Shown in pieces: positions 12,061 through 22,004 of a stretch of 64,000 bases of DNA (position 1 is the first letter of the stretch; each line of letters begins with the position of its first letter). The stretch is taken from assembly GCA_964016885.1 (NCBI GenBank), contig OZ024741.1, forward strand, positions 111,972,001-112,036,000, given 5' to 3'. The DNA is from Eledone cirrhosa (Eukaryota). Made by a program: the position numbers and the translations under genes. The notes under the pieces were generated by a model. The model saw only the letters and a list, made by a program, of their open reading frames with translations. It was not told where the DNA came from and ran no database searches.

Positions 12061-15000
12061 ATGACCTCACTCAGAATAGGCAGCATAAATGCGCGTGGCT
12101 TGGGGTCGTCATGGAAGCAGGGCCACCTGCTCAACGACCTCAGGTCACTAAACATAGATGTAGTGGCCATCAGCGAGACCAGAATCTCCGAAGCACAGGC
12201 TTTCGCACCGATCTTCGGCGGCTACGATGTGTACGCATCTCCTAGCCGTCCGGGATCGGGGGGAGGAGTTGCTGTGCTTTTTCGGAGAGGTTTGGATCTT
12301 GCCATACGGGCCATCTTCCTGGACCCAGAAGGTAAGTTGGTGGTGCTGGACGTGACCAGCGGAGACGGGCAAGCTTTCAGGTTAGTGGCCGTCTATGCCC
12401 CGACAGGAGCAGGGCGGCCTGATTTCTTCCGGCGTCTGGAGACCTTTCTTGGAATGTCCCGCTCTTTAGTGTTAGTGGGCGACTGGAACGGGATCTTAGA
12501 TGCACGCTGGGATTGTGTGGGATTAGTGGATAGGGAAGGAGGGTGCAAGAGTCTCACCAACCTGCTCAGACGTTTTGAACTGTCTGACAGGTACCGAATG
12601 GATTTCCCGAATGTACCAATGTGGACTTGGACAAATCGCATAGGGTCATCCAGATCATATCTAGATAGAGTATTTTGTAGGGAAATAGATAGGTCTAGCA
12701 TAGGCTGTCCACAATTCAAGATAGTCAGCTACACGGACCACAAATTCGTGATCTGTGTGCTTGACTTAGATAGGCTTCATAGACAAGGACCCGGCTACTG
12801 GAAGCTAAACGCGTCCTTACCAGCGCGCAAGGCCTACAGAGACCGGATTAGCGAACTAGTTAAGCGGGCGTTGACGGGGGCCATCGTCAACAACAAGTGG
12901 TGGTTTGCTCTGAAAAGAGCAATTAGAATAGAGTCCATTAGGTTTAGTAAGACTTTAGCAATAGAGAAAAATAGAGCAGAGGGAGAATTAGTTAGAAAAT
13001 TAGACGAGGCGCTTTGCAAAGGCATCGCGAACGACGTACTTGCGGCGAAATTGGCCCTTGACCAATTCTTCAATGCAAAGCACGAAGGCTGCGTTGTCAG
13101 AGCTAGGGTGCGTGCTCTCAGACACGAGGGGACGAAAGCTGTTCAATGGGCCCGAGTGGCGGAGGCGCGTCGTGGCAACAAAGCCACGATCCGGTCTTTG
13201 GTGGACCACGACGGGCGCATGCTACTCGACCCCGGGCAAATGTGTGAAGCTTTTCAGCGACACTTCGCTCAGCTGTTCGGGGGCAGTGGCGGGCCGGATC
13301 GAGGGATGGACTTTAGTGTCTACCTCGACGGACTGCCGCGGCTTTCGGCCACTGAGGCGGAGTGTTGCGAAAAGCCGATAACAACCGCTGAAGTACGGGA
13401 TGCAATGACTAGTTGCACAAGGGGTAAATCGCCTGGTTTGGATGGTCTGCCCTATGAACTTTACGTACAAATGCCAAACTTGTTCGGAGGCCTCTTGGCG
13501 GACGTCTACTGCAACTGGCAACAGAACGGGAGAATTCCCAGTTCTGTGAGCCGAGGAGCGGTGGCGCTGCTGAGAAAGGATCCGAACAAGGGGGATAACA
13601 TAGATAATTTTAGGCCCATAACTCTGCTAAACACAGAGTTCAAGATTTTGGCCAAGGTGCTAGCAAAGAGGTTGGCGCTTGTCGTTGGTGGTCTGGTGGG
13701 AGAGGCACAGACATGCGCCATTCCCGACAGATCCATCCACGACAACCTCCACCTCATTCGATACATCGTAGAGAGGGTAGCTAGGGAACCTGGCAAGGGT
13801 GGGTCTTTGATCAATTTAGATCAATCGAAAGCCTTCGATAGGGTCGACCATCGTTACCTAGCGGCAGTCCTGAGGGCGGCTGGCTTTGGGCCCGTCTTCA
13901 GAGGCTGGATCGCTGCCATGCACAGCGACATCTGCTCTGTAGTGAGAGTGAACGGTCACCTTTCGGAACCGTTCAACATCATGCGCTCGGTCCACCAAGG
14001 ATGTCCCCTCTCGTCCCTATTGTACGTATTGACTCTCGAGCCATTTCTGCACAAACTGGAGACGTTGAGGGGGGTCCCGCGCGAACTAGGATGCGGAAGA
14101 TCCGTGTCAGCATATGCCGACGATGTCACCGTAGTGGTGTCGAACGCCAAACACATCGAGGCGATCGGCACTACACTAAGAGAATACGAAGCGGTGACAG
14201 GAGCAATGATCAACCAGGAAAAGTCAGTGGGCCTGCAGCTCGGCACCTGGAGAGGCAGGTCCATGCCGTCCAACAGCGTCGTCGGGCGCTGGACGGACGG
14301 ACCGGTTAAATTGCTAGGGGTCTGGTTCGGTCCAGACCTCCAGACGGACAAAAACTGGGACGAGGTGACGAGCAGGGTGGCTTCTCTCACCCAGAAATGG
14401 GCGGAGAGGAAGCTATCCCTGAAAGGTCGAGCGGAGGTGGCGAATGCGTACATCGCATCCGTCATCTACTACCGCCTGACCGTCGTACCTTGTCCTAAGC
14501 CCCGCCTGACTGCGCTGGAGCGTTTGCTCTTTCGCTTCTTGTGGAAGGGACGCGCTCCGATGGTCAGGCGGTCCATCTGCTGTCAACACCCGCTACGTGG
14601 AGGGCTGGGCATGCCGTGGCTGATGATGCGCAGACACGCACTCAGGCTACGACATCTCCACCTCTTCGTCGACGGTGATCAGGTGTGGTCGCCGTTTGCA
14701 AGACACGTTTTTCCCCAGCTCGTCTCCTTGACGGAGCTGCAGTCCTGGGTCAAGCGAAGACCGAGAGGGAGCGCTTGGAGACTGGAATGTCTTCAGGCGC
14801 TCACAGCCCTCGACCAATCGGGCAATGTGATCGGTGGAAACTCCACCTTGGCGTTCTATAGGGGATTAGTGGAGGGGAAGAGCGACGACGTACTTGGAGA
14901 AACTCTAGGCGTCGACGAAAATCAACTAGCCAATCTCTTCGGAAGGACTTTCGGGCCGGGGCCTATGGACAACTTCCAGAAATCCCTGGCCTGGCAGTGC

Positions 15001-15480
15001 TACCGAGGAGCTTTGCCATTTCGGGATAAACTCTACAGGCATGGAGGTGCCGTCAGCCGGGCATGTCCGAGATGCGCGCAGGGCGACGAAACCGTCCTGC
15101 ACGCACTCGTCCAGTGTCCGAGCATTGCTGACTTGTGGGTTTATGTCGAACACCTGCTGTCACGTGTAGGACGGATCCAGCTATCAGCTGAGTCCATCGT
15201 GAGGATTGCCCCGCCCCCTTCCTTTAGCCTGGAAGGGCAGGCAGTTTTTATCTGTCTGGTGGCCATGGCGAAAGAGATAGTATGGTGGACACGTTTGAAA
15301 GGGCTGAAGACGAGCACTTACCTCTTCGGTGATGCCCTGATTAACTTTTTCAAATTTCATTTGAAAAGGAAAATCAGGGTAGAGAGGGAAGTGCTCTCTT
15401 CCCAGCATTTTGTTGAAAGATGGGTGAGAGAAGCAAGTATGGCCCGAATGAATGGGCCTTCTCTGAGTATGTGTCTGTAA
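12061..15480 (+). CDS. E1 ORF2: APE endonuclease + reverse transcriptase + C-terminal Cys/His motif
   Basis: INARGL, SET, VYAP, GDWN, SYLDR, TDH; KSPGLDGL, FRPITLLN, LDQSKAFDRV, QGCPLS, YADD; CPRC..ETVLHALVQC. Confidence 0.95.
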   Translation: MTSLRIGSINARGLGSSWKQGHLLNDLRSLNIDVVAISETRISEAQAFAPIFGGYDVYASPSRPGSGGGVAVLFRRGLDLAIRAIFLDPEGKLVVLDVTSGDGQAFRLVAVYAPTGAGRPDFFRRLETFLGMSRSLVLVGDWNGILDARWDCVGLVDREGGCKSLTNLLRRFELSDRYRMDFPNVPMWTWTNRIGSSRSYLDRVFCREIDRSSIGCPQFKIVSYTDHKFVICVLDLDRLHRQGPGYWKLNASLPARKAYRDRISELVKRALTGAIVNNKWWFALKRAIRIESIRFSKTLAIEKNRAEGELVRKLDEALCKGIANDVLAAKLALDQFFNAKHEGCVVRARVRALRHEGTKAVQWARVAEARRGNKATIRSLVDHDGRMLLDPGQMCEAFQRHFAQLFGGSGGPDRGMDFSVYLDGLPRLSATEAECCEKPITTAEVRDAMTSCTRGKSPGLDGLPYELYVQMPNLFGGLLADVYCNWQQNGRIPSSVSRGAVALLRKDPNKGDNIDNFRPITLLNTEFKILAKVLAKRLALVVGGLVGEAQTCAIPDRSIHDNLHLIRYIVERVAREPGKGGSLINLDQSKAFDRVDHRYLAAVLRAAGFGPVFRGWIAAMHSDICSVVRVNGHLSEPFNIMRSVHQGCPLSSLLYVLTLEPFLHKLETLRGVPRELGCGRSVSAYADDVTVVVSNAKHIEAIGTTLREYEAVTGAMINQEKSVGLQLGTWRGRSMPSNSVVGRWTDGPVKLLGVWFGPDLQTDKNWDEVTSRVASLTQKWAERKLSLKGRAEVANAYIASVIYYRLTVVPCPKPRLTALERLLFRFLWKGRAPMVRRSICCQHPLRGGLGMPWLMMRRHALRLRHLHLFVDGDQVWSPFARHVFPQLVSLTELQSWVKRRPRGSAWRLECLQALTALDQSGNVIGGNSTLAFYRGLVEGKSDDVLGETLGVDENQLANLFGRTFGPGPMDNFQKSLAWQCYRGALPFRDKLYRHGGAVSRACPRCAQGDETVLHALVQCPSIADLWVYVEHLLSRVGRIQLSAESIVRIAPPPSFSLEGQAVFICLVAMAKEIVWWTRLKGLKTSTYLFGDALINFFKFHLKRKIRVEREVLSSQHFVERWVREASMARMNGPSLSMCL

Positions 15481-15723
15481 ATTAAAGGTGGAAAACTGGG
15501 AGAGGGCACTTGCCCTCGTGGTCAGGGCCACTGTGGTCTTTTAATGGGCTTTCCCCACAAATGTCCCTTGGAAGTCTCCCCCCTATTGGGGAATTTTTCT
15601 TTGTTATTTTATTTCAACCTCTGTTTTTTTACACGCAGAAATGCCCATTTGTACCGTCCTGTATTGTCCTGTACTGTCCTTAATGTCTACTTTATGTAAA
15701 CCCTTGTGGTTAATAAAGAAAAC

Positions 15724-15741
15724 ATTATTATTATTATTATT
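15724..15741. repeat. (ATT)6 spacer / probable target-site duplication between E1 and E2
   Basis: Exactly 18 bp, identical to 21774-21791. Confidence 0.85.
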
Positions 15742-15957
15742 GAATGCCATGGTTGACGGAGGCTCGGCTCTGTAAGGTATAGTAATTTTTAACCGTTAAA
15801 ACAATTGTAAATTGTTTAAAACTTGAACCAAATTGTTGATAAAGACACCCTCCTCCTCGTGAGAGGGGTCTTTCTGTCCGTTATTTGGCCCTTCGGGGTT
15901 AAATAACCAGTTATTGGGGTTTTGTACCCAAAATTTCATTTTAAACAAAAAAACAAC

Positions 15958-18055
15958 ATGGCTACGAAAAAAAAAATTTCATACGTCACTCCCACTCATT
16001 CCGTCTTCTTCTTCCTCAATCATCACTACAGCAGAGAGAAGATTGTCTCTCTCCCTCCCTTCTTTAAATGTGTCTCTCTCCCTCCCTTCTCTTTCGCAAG
16101 TGACGAAAGAAAAGAAAAGTCTCGTGCAAAGCGTGCAAAGTTTCTCCACGACGACGACGACAGCGACGAAACAGGTGTGCGGGAAATACGAAAACCCAGT
16201 TCATTCGTCTGACGTCAGGAATAATAGCAGTAGCAGCCGTAATAACAACAGCAACAGTGACAATGAAAACAACAGTAGCAGCCGCAACAGCATCACCAGC
16301 AGCATAAACAACAACAGCATTAGCAGCAGCAACACCAACAACAACCACAGCAACAGCGGCGGAGGCAGTAGTCGTAGTACCTGCAGCAACAACAAAAGTA
16401 CCAGCAGCTCTGACGACAACAACAACAGCAGAGAAAAACCAATCTCATTTGCAGGTATTGCGAAAAACCTGGAAACAATCCTCATAACAAATGAGGAATT
16501 AGAGGAAGCGAAGAAGATGGTGACAAAGAACGGACACCGAGCAATCTGCAAGGCAGCGAAAAATTTTTTCGAAACCCAAGAGCACTGTACGGTCACGTAC
16601 CGTACAGTAAGTACAAAATCCCGTAGGGTGGAAAGAGCCACAGAGGCCCAAATACAAAAAGCCTTGGGGTCTGTGTGGCAGAGGAAAACGCACATCACCC
16701 GAGGCAAAAAATACGCCACCGTAGACGTACTTTTTGCCACACCCCAGGAGGCAAAGGCCCAATCAGTAGTGACCCTAAGGAGCGAGGAAATGGTGTTGGT
16801 GCCCTCCTACTGCGGGCAAAAAATTGTGAGGGTCAAACTGACCCACGTCCCCCCCGGAATGACCCCTTCTTGGCTGGCCGCGTCTGTCCTCGTCGGAATC
16901 GAGGACAAAACAACTGTACTGCAAGTACAGAAAAAAGTAAGAGAAGATTGGGTCGGCTCCTCCATTGAGATGCTAATCCAAACCAACCAGGAGTGCATCG
17001 AAGCTATCCCGGATGTGATAGACTTCGATAACGGCACTCAACTGCCCATAAGTGTTGAGGGCAAACGCCCGAAATGCTTTCGCTGTGGATCGAAGACTCA
17101 CCTCAGGGCCTTCTGCAACGAGAAGACCCTGAGAAAGGAGAAAACCCCCCTCCTCCCGAATCCGGTTCCACGGCTACCAGCAACAGGACAAGCGGCAACC
17201 AGGAACGATAGGTCCGTGGCACCCATACCCACTCCACGGAAATCAAAGACAGCAGCAGCAGTGGAAATATTAACAACAACAACAGCAATACCAAATGCAG
17301 CTGCAACAGAGACTCCAGTGCAAACATCACCAACAACAACAAGTGAAAGAGTGGAGCTGGTACCCCTCCCCGACCTTACAGAATCAGACATGGAGTGTGA
17401 GGTGGGAGAGGGATGGCAAAAGGTCTCAAGAAGGCACAAACGCAGAAGCAGCGCATCGTCGCCTTTGAAAAGGGAGGAAAGAAATGAGAAAAGGGTAAAG
17501 TCTACTGCAAAGAGACCCACAGCAGCAACACCACCAACACCATCACCACCCACACCAGCACCACCATCACCACCGGCGACAACCCCACCGCCAACAACAC
17601 CTTCAACACCACCACCACAAGCACCAACATCGCAAACACAACAACAAAACACACACACCCAGCAACAACGACAAGAAAATAGCAGAACCACACCCCACCC
17701 CCAGAAAAACAAATGCACGGCAATAAACACACACAACAAGAAACTAATGACTTACATAATTGAACACACAGACATTTCACAACAGGACTACATAATACCA
17801 GCACCAATCAAAACGCCAACTAACATAAGACTGCTAAAAATAGCACAGAAACAATACACAAACATTAAAACGAAATTCCCCAACGCAGTTGGTGATTTCA
17901 GGGACCTAGGAGGAACCATTAATCGAAGAGTATATTCAGACATTCTCTTAGAAGAGCCGACGACCAGCCGAAGGGACGATTCAACGGTCCCTTCACCAGA
18001 CGATCAAGTGAAAAGGGATGTAAAAACCATCCCTCCTCTACCAAAAATACGGTAA
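15958..18055 (+). pseudogene. E2 ORF1, +1 frameshift in the A-run just after ATG 15958
   Basis: ACG-A10-TTTC here versus ACC-AAAAAGAAA-TTTC in E3. The rest is open, with a CFRCGSKTHLRAFC knuckle. Could be a homopolymer sequencing error. Confidence 0.75.
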
Positions 18056-18090
18056 GTGGTCTTTCCCATCTTTTCCACTCTATTTTAAAC

Positions 18091-21000
18091 ATGACCTCAC
18101 TCAGAATAGGCAGCATAAATGCGCGTGGCTTGGGGTCGTCATGGAAGCAGGGTCACCTGCTCAACGACCTCAGGTCACTAAACATAGATGTAGTGGCCAT
18201 CAGCGAGACCAGAATCTCCGAAGCACGGGCCTTCGCACCGATCTTCGGCGGCTACGATGTGTACGCATCTCCCAGCCGTCCTGGATCGGGTGGAGGAGTT
18301 GCTGTGCTTTTTCGGAGAGGTTTGGATCTCGCCATACGGGCCATCTTCCTGGACCCAGAGGGTAAGCTGGTGGTGCTGGACGTGACCAGCGGAGACGGGC
18401 AAGCTTTCAGGCTAGTGGCCGTCTATGCCCCGACAGGAGCAGGGCGGCCTGATTTCTTCCGGCGTTTGGAGACCTTTCTTGGAACGTCCCGCTCTTTAGT
18501 GTTAGTGGGCGACTGGAACGGGATCTTAGATGCACGCTGGGACTGTGTGGGATTAGCGGATAGGGGTGGAGGGTGCAAGAGCCTCACCAACCTGCTCAGG
18601 CGTTTTGAACTGTCTGACAGGTACCGATTGGATTTCCCGAATGTGCCAATGTGGACTTGGACAAACCGCATAGGGTCATCCAGATCATATCTAGATAGAG
18701 TATTTTGTAGGGAAATAGATAGGTCTAGCATAGGCTGTCCACAATTCAAGATAGTCAGCTACACGGACCACAAATTCGTGACCTGTGTGCTTGACTTAGA
18801 TAGGCTTCATAGACGAGGACCCGGCTACTGGAAGCTAAACGCGTCCTTACCAGCGCGCAAGGCCTACAGAGACCGGATTAGCGAACTAGTTAAGCGGGCG
18901 TTGACGGGGGCCATCGTCAACAACAAGTGGTGGTTTGCTCTGAAAAGAGCGATTAGAATAGAATCGATTAGGTTTAGTAAGGCTTTAGCAATAGAGAAAA
19001 ATAGAGCAGAGGGAGAACTAGTTAGAAAATTAGACGAGGCGCTTAGCAAAGGCATTGCGACCGACGTGCTTGCGGCGAAATTGGCCCTTGACCAATTCTT
19101 CAATGCAAAGCACGAAGGCTGCGTTGTCAGAGCTAGGGTGCGTGCTCTCAGACACGAGGGGACGAAAGCCGTTCAATGGGCCCGAGTGGCGGAGGCGCGT
19201 CGTGGCAACAAAGCCACGATCCGGTCTTTGGTGGACCACGACGGGCGCATGCTACTCGATCCCGGGCAAATGTGTGAAGCTTTTCAGCGACACTTCGCTC
19301 AGCTGTTCGGGGGCAGCGGGGGGCCGGGTAGAGGGATGGACTTTAGTGTCTACCTCGACGGACTGCCGCGGCTCTCGGCCACTGAGGCGAAGTGTTGCGA
19401 AAAGCCGATAACAGCCGCTGAAGTACGGGAGGCAATGACTGGCTGCACAAGGGGTAAATCGCCTGGTTTGGATGGTCTGCCCTATGAACTTTACGTACAG
19501 ATGCCAGACTTGTTCGGAGGCCTCTTGGCGGATGTCTACTGCAACTGGCAACAGAACGGGAGAATTCCCAGTTCTGTGAGCCGAGGAGCGGTGGCACTGC
19601 TGAGAAAGGATCCGAACAAGGGGGATAACATAGACAATTTCCGGCCCATAACTCTGCTAAACACAGAGTTTAAGATTTTGGCCAAGGTGCTAGCAAAGAG
19701 GTTGGCGCTTGTCGTTGGTGGTCTGGTGGGAGAGGCGCAGACATGCGCCATTCCCGACAGATCCATCCACGACAACCTCCACCTCATGCGATACATCGTA
19801 GAGAGGGTAGCTAGGGAACCTGGCACGGGTGGGTCCTTGATCAATTTAGATCAGTCGAAAGCTTTCGATAGGGTCGACCATCGTTACCTAGCGGCAGTCC
19901 TGAGGGCGGCTGGCTTTGGGCCCGTCTTCAGAGGCTGGATCGCTGCCATGCACAGCGACATCTGCTCTGTGGTGAGAGTGAACGGTCACCTGTCGGAACC
20001 GTTCAACATCATGCGCTCGGTCCGCCAAGGATGTCCCCTCTCGTCCCTCTTGTACGTATTGACTCTCGAGCCATTACTGCACAAACTGGAGACGTTGAGG
20101 GGAGTCCCGCGCGAACTAGGATGCGGAAGATCCGTGTCAGCATATGCGGACGATGTCACCGTAGTGGTGTCGAACGCCAAACACATCGAGGCGATCGGCA
20201 CTACACTAAGAGAATACGAAGCGGTGACAGGAGCAATGATCAACCAGGAAAAGTCAGTGGGCCTGCAGCTCGGCACCTGGAGAGGCAGGTCCATGCCGTC
20301 CAACAGCGTCGTCGGGCGCTGGACGGACGGACCGGTTAAATTGCTAGGGGTCTGGTTCGGTCCGGACCTCCAGACGGACAAAAACTGGGACGAGGTGACG
20401 AGCAGGGTGGCTTCTCTCACCCAGAAATGGGCGGAGAGGAAGCTATCCCTGAAAGGTCGAGCGGAGGTGGCTAACGCGTACATCGCGTCTGTCATCTGCT
20501 ACCGCCTAACCGTCGTACCTTGTCCTAAGCCTCGCCTGACTGCGCTGGAGCGTTTGCTCTTTCGCTTTTTGTGGAAGGGACGTGCTCCGATGGTCAGGCG
20601 GTCCATCTGTTGTCAACACCCGCTACGTGGAGGGCTGGGCATGCCGTGGCTGATGATGCGCAGGCACGCGCTCAGGCTACGACATCTCCACCTCTTCCTC
20701 GACGGTGATCAGGTGTGGTCGCCGTTTGCTAGACGCGTTTTTCCCCAGCTCGTTTCCTTGACGGAGCTGCAGTCCTGGGTCAAGCGAAGACCGAGAGGGA
20801 GCGCCTGGAGACTGGAATGTCTTCAGGCGCTCACAGCCCTCGACCAATCGGGCAATGTGATCGGTGGAAACTCCACCTCGGCGTTCTATAGAGGATTAGT
20901 GGAGGGGAAGAGCGACGACGTACTTGGGGAAACTCTAGGCGTCGACGAAAATCAACTAGCCAATCTCTTCGGAAGAACTTTCGGGCCAGGGCCTATGGAC

Positions 21001-21510
21001 AACTTCCAGAAATCTCTGGCCTGGCAGTGCTACCGAGGAGCCTTGCCAGTTCGGGATAAACTCTACAGGCATGGAGGTGCCGTCAGCCGGACATGTCCGA
21101 GATGCGCGCAGGGCGACGAAACCGTCCTGCACGCACTCGTCCAGTGTCCGAAAATTGCTGACTTGTGGGTTTATGTCGAACACCTGCTGTCGCGTTTAGG
21201 ACGGATCCAGCTATCATCTGAGTCTATCGTGAGGATTGCCCCGCCCTCCTCCTTTAGCCGGGAAGGGCAGGCAGTTTTTATCTGTCTGGTGGCCATGGCG
21301 AAAGAGATAGTATGGTGGACACGTTTGAAAGGGCTGAAGACGAGCACTTACCTCTTCGGTGATGCTCTGATTGACTTTTTCAAATTTCATTTGAAAAGGA
21401 AAATCAGAGTAGAGAAGGAAGTGCTCTCTTCCCAGCATTTTGTTGAAAGATGGGTGAGAGAAGCAAGAATGGCCCGAGTGAATGGGCCGACTCTGAGTAT
21501 ATATCTGTAA
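18091..21510 (+). CDS. E2 ORF2 (APE-RT), intact
   Basis: 1139 aa, same motifs as E1 ORF2, SVRQGCPLS and YADD. Confidence 0.95.
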   Translation: MTSLRIGSINARGLGSSWKQGHLLNDLRSLNIDVVAISETRISEARAFAPIFGGYDVYASPSRPGSGGGVAVLFRRGLDLAIRAIFLDPEGKLVVLDVTSGDGQAFRLVAVYAPTGAGRPDFFRRLETFLGTSRSLVLVGDWNGILDARWDCVGLADRGGGCKSLTNLLRRFELSDRYRLDFPNVPMWTWTNRIGSSRSYLDRVFCREIDRSSIGCPQFKIVSYTDHKFVTCVLDLDRLHRRGPGYWKLNASLPARKAYRDRISELVKRALTGAIVNNKWWFALKRAIRIESIRFSKALAIEKNRAEGELVRKLDEALSKGIATDVLAAKLALDQFFNAKHEGCVVRARVRALRHEGTKAVQWARVAEARRGNKATIRSLVDHDGRMLLDPGQMCEAFQRHFAQLFGGSGGPGRGMDFSVYLDGLPRLSATEAKCCEKPITAAEVREAMTGCTRGKSPGLDGLPYELYVQMPDLFGGLLADVYCNWQQNGRIPSSVSRGAVALLRKDPNKGDNIDNFRPITLLNTEFKILAKVLAKRLALVVGGLVGEAQTCAIPDRSIHDNLHLMRYIVERVAREPGTGGSLINLDQSKAFDRVDHRYLAAVLRAAGFGPVFRGWIAAMHSDICSVVRVNGHLSEPFNIMRSVRQGCPLSSLLYVLTLEPLLHKLETLRGVPRELGCGRSVSAYADDVTVVVSNAKHIEAIGTTLREYEAVTGAMINQEKSVGLQLGTWRGRSMPSNSVVGRWTDGPVKLLGVWFGPDLQTDKNWDEVTSRVASLTQKWAERKLSLKGRAEVANAYIASVICYRLTVVPCPKPRLTALERLLFRFLWKGRAPMVRRSICCQHPLRGGLGMPWLMMRRHALRLRHLHLFLDGDQVWSPFARRVFPQLVSLTELQSWVKRRPRGSAWRLECLQALTALDQSGNVIGGNSTSAFYRGLVEGKSDDVLGETLGVDENQLANLFGRTFGPGPMDNFQKSLAWQCYRGALPVRDKLYRHGGAVSRTCPRCAQGDETVLHALVQCPKIADLWVYVEHLLSRLGRIQLSSESIVRIAPPSSFSREGQAVFICLVAMAKEIVWWTRLKGLKTSTYLFGDALIDFFKFHLKRKIRVEKEVLSSQHFVERWVREARMARVNGPTLSIYL

Positions 21511-22004
21511 ACTAAAGGTGGAAAACTGGGAGAGGGCACTTGCCTTGGTGGTCAGGGTCATTGTGGCTTTTTACTGGGCTTTCTCCACAAATGTCCCTCC
21601 GAAGTCTCCCCCCTATTGGGGAATTTTTCATTGTTATTTTCATTGTTATTTTTGTTACATCCTCTGTTTTTGTTTTTTTTACACGCAGAAATGCCCATTT
21701 GTACCGTCCTGCATTGTCCTGCACTGTCCTTAATGTCTACTTTATGTAAACCCTTGTGGTTAATAAAGAAAACATTATTATTATTATTATTGAATGCCAT
21801 GGTTGACGGAGGCTCGGCTCTGTAAGGTATAGTAATTTTTAACCGTTAAAACAATTGTAAATTGTTTAAAACTTGAACCAAATTGTTGATAAAGACACCC
21901 TCCTCCTCGTGAGAGGGGTCTTTCTGTCCGTTATTTGGCCCTTCGGGGTTAAATAACCAGTTATTGGGGTTTTGTACCCAAAATTTCATTTTAAACAAAA
22001 AAAC

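Larger units (their letters stand above)
9852..15723 (+). mobile_element. Tx1-clade LINE copy E1 (full length), inserted in (ATT)n
   Basis: 5'UTR, ORF1, ORF2 and 3'UTR ending AATAAAGAAAAC. (ATT)n on both sides. Confidence 0.93.
15742..21773 (+). mobile_element. Tx1-clade LINE copy E2 (full length)
   Basis: ORF2 and 3'UTR close to E1, but with a different 5'UTR and ORF1. Near-identical to E3. Confidence 0.93.

Noticed and set aside
21518-21825. Hydrophobic short ORFs in the Tx1 3'UTR (possible ORF3 or membrane anchor)
   Set aside because: Non-ATG starts, T-rich composition, and frames that differ among E1, E2 and E3 through indels
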